Source: Dickeya solani IPO 2222 (GTDB lineage Bacteria; Pseudomonadota; Gammaproteobacteria; Enterobacterales; Enterobacteriaceae). From it: 32,000 nucleotides of DNA. How positions within the stretch are numbered: position 1 is the stretch's first letter; the number at the start of each line of letters is the position of its first letter. Location of the stretch: assembly GCF_001644705.1 (NCBI RefSeq), contig NZ_CP015137.1, positions 4,290,001 to 4,322,000 of the forward strand, written 5' to 3'. Under the pieces are notes generated by a model. It was not told the DNA's origin. It saw nothing but the letters and a program-made list of their open reading frames with translations, and did no database searches. The translations under genes and the position numbers were made by a program. Below are positions 28,706 through 32,000 of the stretch, one piece after another.

Positions 28706-28793
28706 CATTAACGTTGCGGTAAGGTTATTCCGAGATTTTCTGCTGCACGGCGCCGCTGTCGGCGCCCTGTAATTATCAATATCCCCTTAATAA

Positions 28794-30107
<1,314 letters not shown>

Positions 30108-30141
30108 CACCGTCAAGCGTGGCGAAGTTTACTCTCTTACT

Positions 30142-30168
30142 AAAGCGTCCTTCGGGGCGCTTTTTTTA
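30142..30168 (+). terminator. Rho-independent terminator of serS
   Basis: AGCGTCC-TTCG-GGGCGCT forms a 7-bp stem (one G-T pair) with a TTCG tetraloop at 30144-30161. It is followed by a T7 run (30161-30167), 35 nt after the serS stop. Confidence 0.85.
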
Positions 30169-30399
30169 TGGCTGAAATCACACCTCGCTGCGGCTATGGC
30201 GCGCGGAATTGTCTGATTCCGAGCGGATATCGGTATGGATGAGAGGATTCAGGCATCCTCTTATGGAGAGCTGGCTCGCAGGGTTTTAAGTTTTTGTCGT
30301 TGCACTGGCCGGAGCTGACTCAACTGGGAAAGAACGGGTGGTGGCAGGATGAGAACAAAGGGGGGAAGTCCCCTGAAGAAAGAGTCAACGAGGTGATTT

Positions 30400-31014
30400 A
30401 TGCCAAAACATATCGTCAGCCTGACTGGGCGGCTGCTCGGCGCTTTACTCTATTACGCACCGGATGATGAGCACAACGCGGCGTGGATTGAGCGCCTGAG
30501 GCATCAGACATGGCAGCAGACATGGCCGTGTGGCGACCGGATAGACATCGCCATTGCCGCCCGGCAAATTCAGCTTGGCCTGCAGCCGGGCTACGATGAA
30601 ACGTTATCGGTAGCCTGGCGGCGATTATTCAGCAGTAGTGAGGGCGTGCCGGCACCACCCTGGGGGTCGGTATATCTTGATCGGCAAAATGTGTTGTTTG
30701 GTGATTCGACACTGGCATTGCGCCGCTGGTTACGAGAACTGGGGATTGAGCCGCGCTGCGATCGGCATGAGCCGGAGGATCACATTGGTCTGATGCTGAT
30801 GCTGGCGGCGTGGTGTGCGGAAAATCAGCCGGATAGCCTGTCGGAATTGCTTACCGAGCATTTGTTACCCTGGGCGATGCGCTATCTGGATTTACTGGAG
30901 TGCCACTGTCGTCACCCGTTTTATCAGGGCGTGGCGCGGTTAACCCGTATTACTCTGCAGGACTGGCAGGCACGCTTCCAACTGATCCAGATGGAAAAGG
31001 CATTGTTTTATTGA
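30400..31014 (+). CDS. dmsD: TorD/DmsD-family Tat proofreading chaperone, closest to DmsD
   Basis: 204 aa, the same length as E. coli DmsD, with GAGGTG 4 nt upstream of the ATG. There are strong collinear blocks versus remembered DmsD: LGALLYYAPDD (LGALFYYAPES), AWRRLF...PAPPWGSVYLDRQNVLFGDSTLALRRWLRELGI (AWQRLF...PSPPWGSVWLDRESVLFGDSTLALRQWMREKGI) and the family signature EPEDHIG. Confidence 0.85.
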   Translation: MPKHIVSLTGRLLGALLYYAPDDEHNAAWIERLRHQTWQQTWPCGDRIDIAIAARQIQLGLQPGYDETLSVAWRRLFSSSEGVPAPPWGSVYLDRQNVLFGDSTLALRRWLRELGIEPRCDRHEPEDHIGLMLMLAAWCAENQPDSLSELLTEHLLPWAMRYLDLLECHCRHPFYQGVARLTRITLQDWQARFQLIQMEKALFY

Positions 31015-31088
31015 ATAGTATTGCTATTGAATAGTGCTGCTATTGAATGGCGCGTTTATTGGGTAGTGCATGATTGGATGTTGCCTTA
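31009..31088. repeat. Decaying 16-bp tandem array (about 4-5 units) starting on the dmsD stop codon
   Basis: The units are TATTGAATAGTATTGC (31009-31024), TATTGAATAGTGCTGC (31025-31040), TATTGAATGGCGCGTT (31041-31056) and TATTGGGTAGTGCATG (31057-31072). A weak fifth copy, ATTGGATGTTGCC, starts at 31073. Units 1 and 2 match at 14 of 16 positions, and units 3 and 4 match unit 2 at 11 of 16. The junctions between units 1-2 and 2-3 form the palindrome CTATT-G-AATAG. Confidence 0.85.
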
Positions 31089-31210
31089 TCCGTCAGGTGG
31101 TAATGCCGTTGGGCGGAATGCCTGATGGCGGTTCGGCACCTGGTTTGCTGAGAGACATCGCTCGCTGCGCATACCATGACGAATAGGGACTGTCGCGGTA
31201 TGCGTTGCTG

Positions 31211-31816
31211 CTAACCGTAGCGGGCGGCGCGCTGCCAGGCAGGCCGCGCCCGCATCGCGTCCAGTAAACGCCAGAGACTGGCGCGCGACGGGGTGAGCCA
31301 GCCGCGCTGGGCGGCAATATCCAGCGGGAATCCCATCATGATGTCTGCTGCTGAAAACGCATCGCCTGCCAGCCAGCGAAATTTCCCAGCCTCCTGTTCC
31401 AGAAAGTCATAGTGCAGATTGAGCTGGGTATTAACCATGCCGCGAATCGGCCAGCCAAACGGTCCCATTTTGTGAGCGACCAGTTTCAGCAGCATAGCCG
31501 ACATTAGCGAACCTTCAGCGTAGTGCATCCAGTAGCGGTAGCGCCACACGTTCGGGCTGTCGCTCGGCGGAGCCAGTTGCGGGCCAAATGTGGCGACCAG
31601 ATATTCCAGGATTAAACCGGTTTCCGCCAGCACTTGACCATCGTGCTCAACTATTGGCGCTTTCCCCAGCGGATGAATATCACGCAAGGCATGCGGAGCG
31701 CGCAGGGTGGCCTTGTTGCGCTGATAATTGATCACGTCATAAGGGACATCCAGCTCTTCCAGCAGCCATAAAACCCGCTGTGAACGGGAAGTATTCAGAT
31801 GATGAACACGAATCAT
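31211..31816 (-). CDS. Glutathione S-transferase family protein
   Basis: Start placed at the ATG complement of 31814-31816 (MIRVHHLNTSRSQRVLWLLEELDVPYD...), with AGGA 8 nt upstream, giving 201 aa. It has a thioredoxin-like GST N-domain (HPLGKAPIVEHDGQVLAETGLILEYL) and a helical C-domain (WLAGDAFSAADIMMGF). The GTG extension in the track to 31858 is unsupported. I do not recognise a specific E. coli orthologue. Confidence 0.8.
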   Translation of the reverse strand: MIRVHHLNTSRSQRVLWLLEELDVPYDVINYQRNKATLRAPHALRDIHPLGKAPIVEHDGQVLAETGLILEYLVATFGPQLAPPSDSPNVWRYRYWMHYAEGSLMSAMLLKLVAHKMGPFGWPIRGMVNTQLNLHYDFLEQEAGKFRWLAGDAFSAADIMMGFPLDIAAQRGWLTPSRASLWRLLDAMRARPAWQRAARYG

Positions 31817-31866
31817 GGGGAACGTCCTGTTGACGGGGAGAAAATGCTGCGATTTCACATCACAGG

Positions 31867-31912
31867 CAACCCGCTGTTTCCAATCGTGTGGTCGTGGTGG
31901 AAAAGCGGGTTG
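31867..31912 (-). other. Long imperfect hairpin between the truncated upstream gene and the GST gene (possible terminator or attenuator, no U-tract)
   Basis: CAACCCGCTGTTTCCA (31867-31882) pairs with TGGAAAAGCGGGTTG (31898-31912), forming 15 bp with one bulged base and a 15-nt loop. It starts 9 nt after the stop of the truncated minus-strand gene. Confidence 0.4.
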
Positions 31913-31920
31913 GGCGCCGT

Positions 31921-32000
31921 TTACTGATTTTCCGCTACCAGTTTTGCCAGATAATCATGCCAGTCGTCAGGGCGGCCCAGCCAGGGGGCAATATTCAGGG
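31921..32000 (-). CDS. C-terminal 26 codons of an unidentified protein (gene continues beyond the window end)
   Basis: The minus-strand frame is open from the window edge to a TAA (complement of 31921-31923). My translation is ...LNIAPWLGRPDDWHDYLAKLVAENQ*. Codon usage looks coding, but the fragment is too short to identify and is not in the supplied track. Confidence 0.35.
   Translation of the reverse strand, partial: LNIAPWLGRPDDWHDYLAKLVAENQ

Noticed and set aside
28750-28767. GGCGCC-GCTGTC-GGCGCC hairpin between rarA and serS, considered as a rarA terminator.
   Set aside because: It has only a 6-bp stem and no downstream U-tract, and rarA and serS may be co-transcribed. This is not enough for a terminator call.

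Overview
This window is an ordinary, densely coding core-chromosome segment of a moderately GC-rich member of the Enterobacterales. A Pectobacteriaceae-like origin is only a guess from composition and protein similarity and cannot be verified here. By my calls about 88% of the window is coding. I call 26 complete and 2 edge-truncated CDSs, and their order matches my memory of the E. coli K-12 artJ-to-serS region: MFS transporter (partial), artJ, artMQIP, ybjQ-amiD, ybjT, hcr-hcp, ybjD, cspD, clpS-clpA, infA, aat, cydCD, trxB, lrp, ftsK, lolA, rarA, serS, a dmsD-like chaperone, a GST-family gene and a truncated unknown gene. Most products were recognised by near-collinear similarity to remembered E. 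coli proteins. No search was run. I found no tRNA, rRNA, CRISPR array, IS element, integrase, phage gene or toxin-antitoxin pair. I also found no unexplained multi-gene block, so I do not see a convincing novel multi-gene system and I am not claiming one. The items most worth a second look are listed here. (1) ybjD, an uncharacterised stand-alone OLD-family ATPase-TOPRIM nuclease. (2) A monocistronic orphan dmsD chaperone sitting where E. coli carries dmsABC. (3) Four separate 15-16 bp tandem duplications or arrays in intergenic spacers, several with a mini-palindrome in each unit. (4) Nested inverted repeats in the cspD leader that end next to its Shine-Dalgarno sequence. (5) Readable regulatory sites: a tandem ARG box at artJ, a LexA box at ftsK, and FNR-like and NsrR-like sites at hcp. 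All coordinates were derived by hand from the printed sequence.
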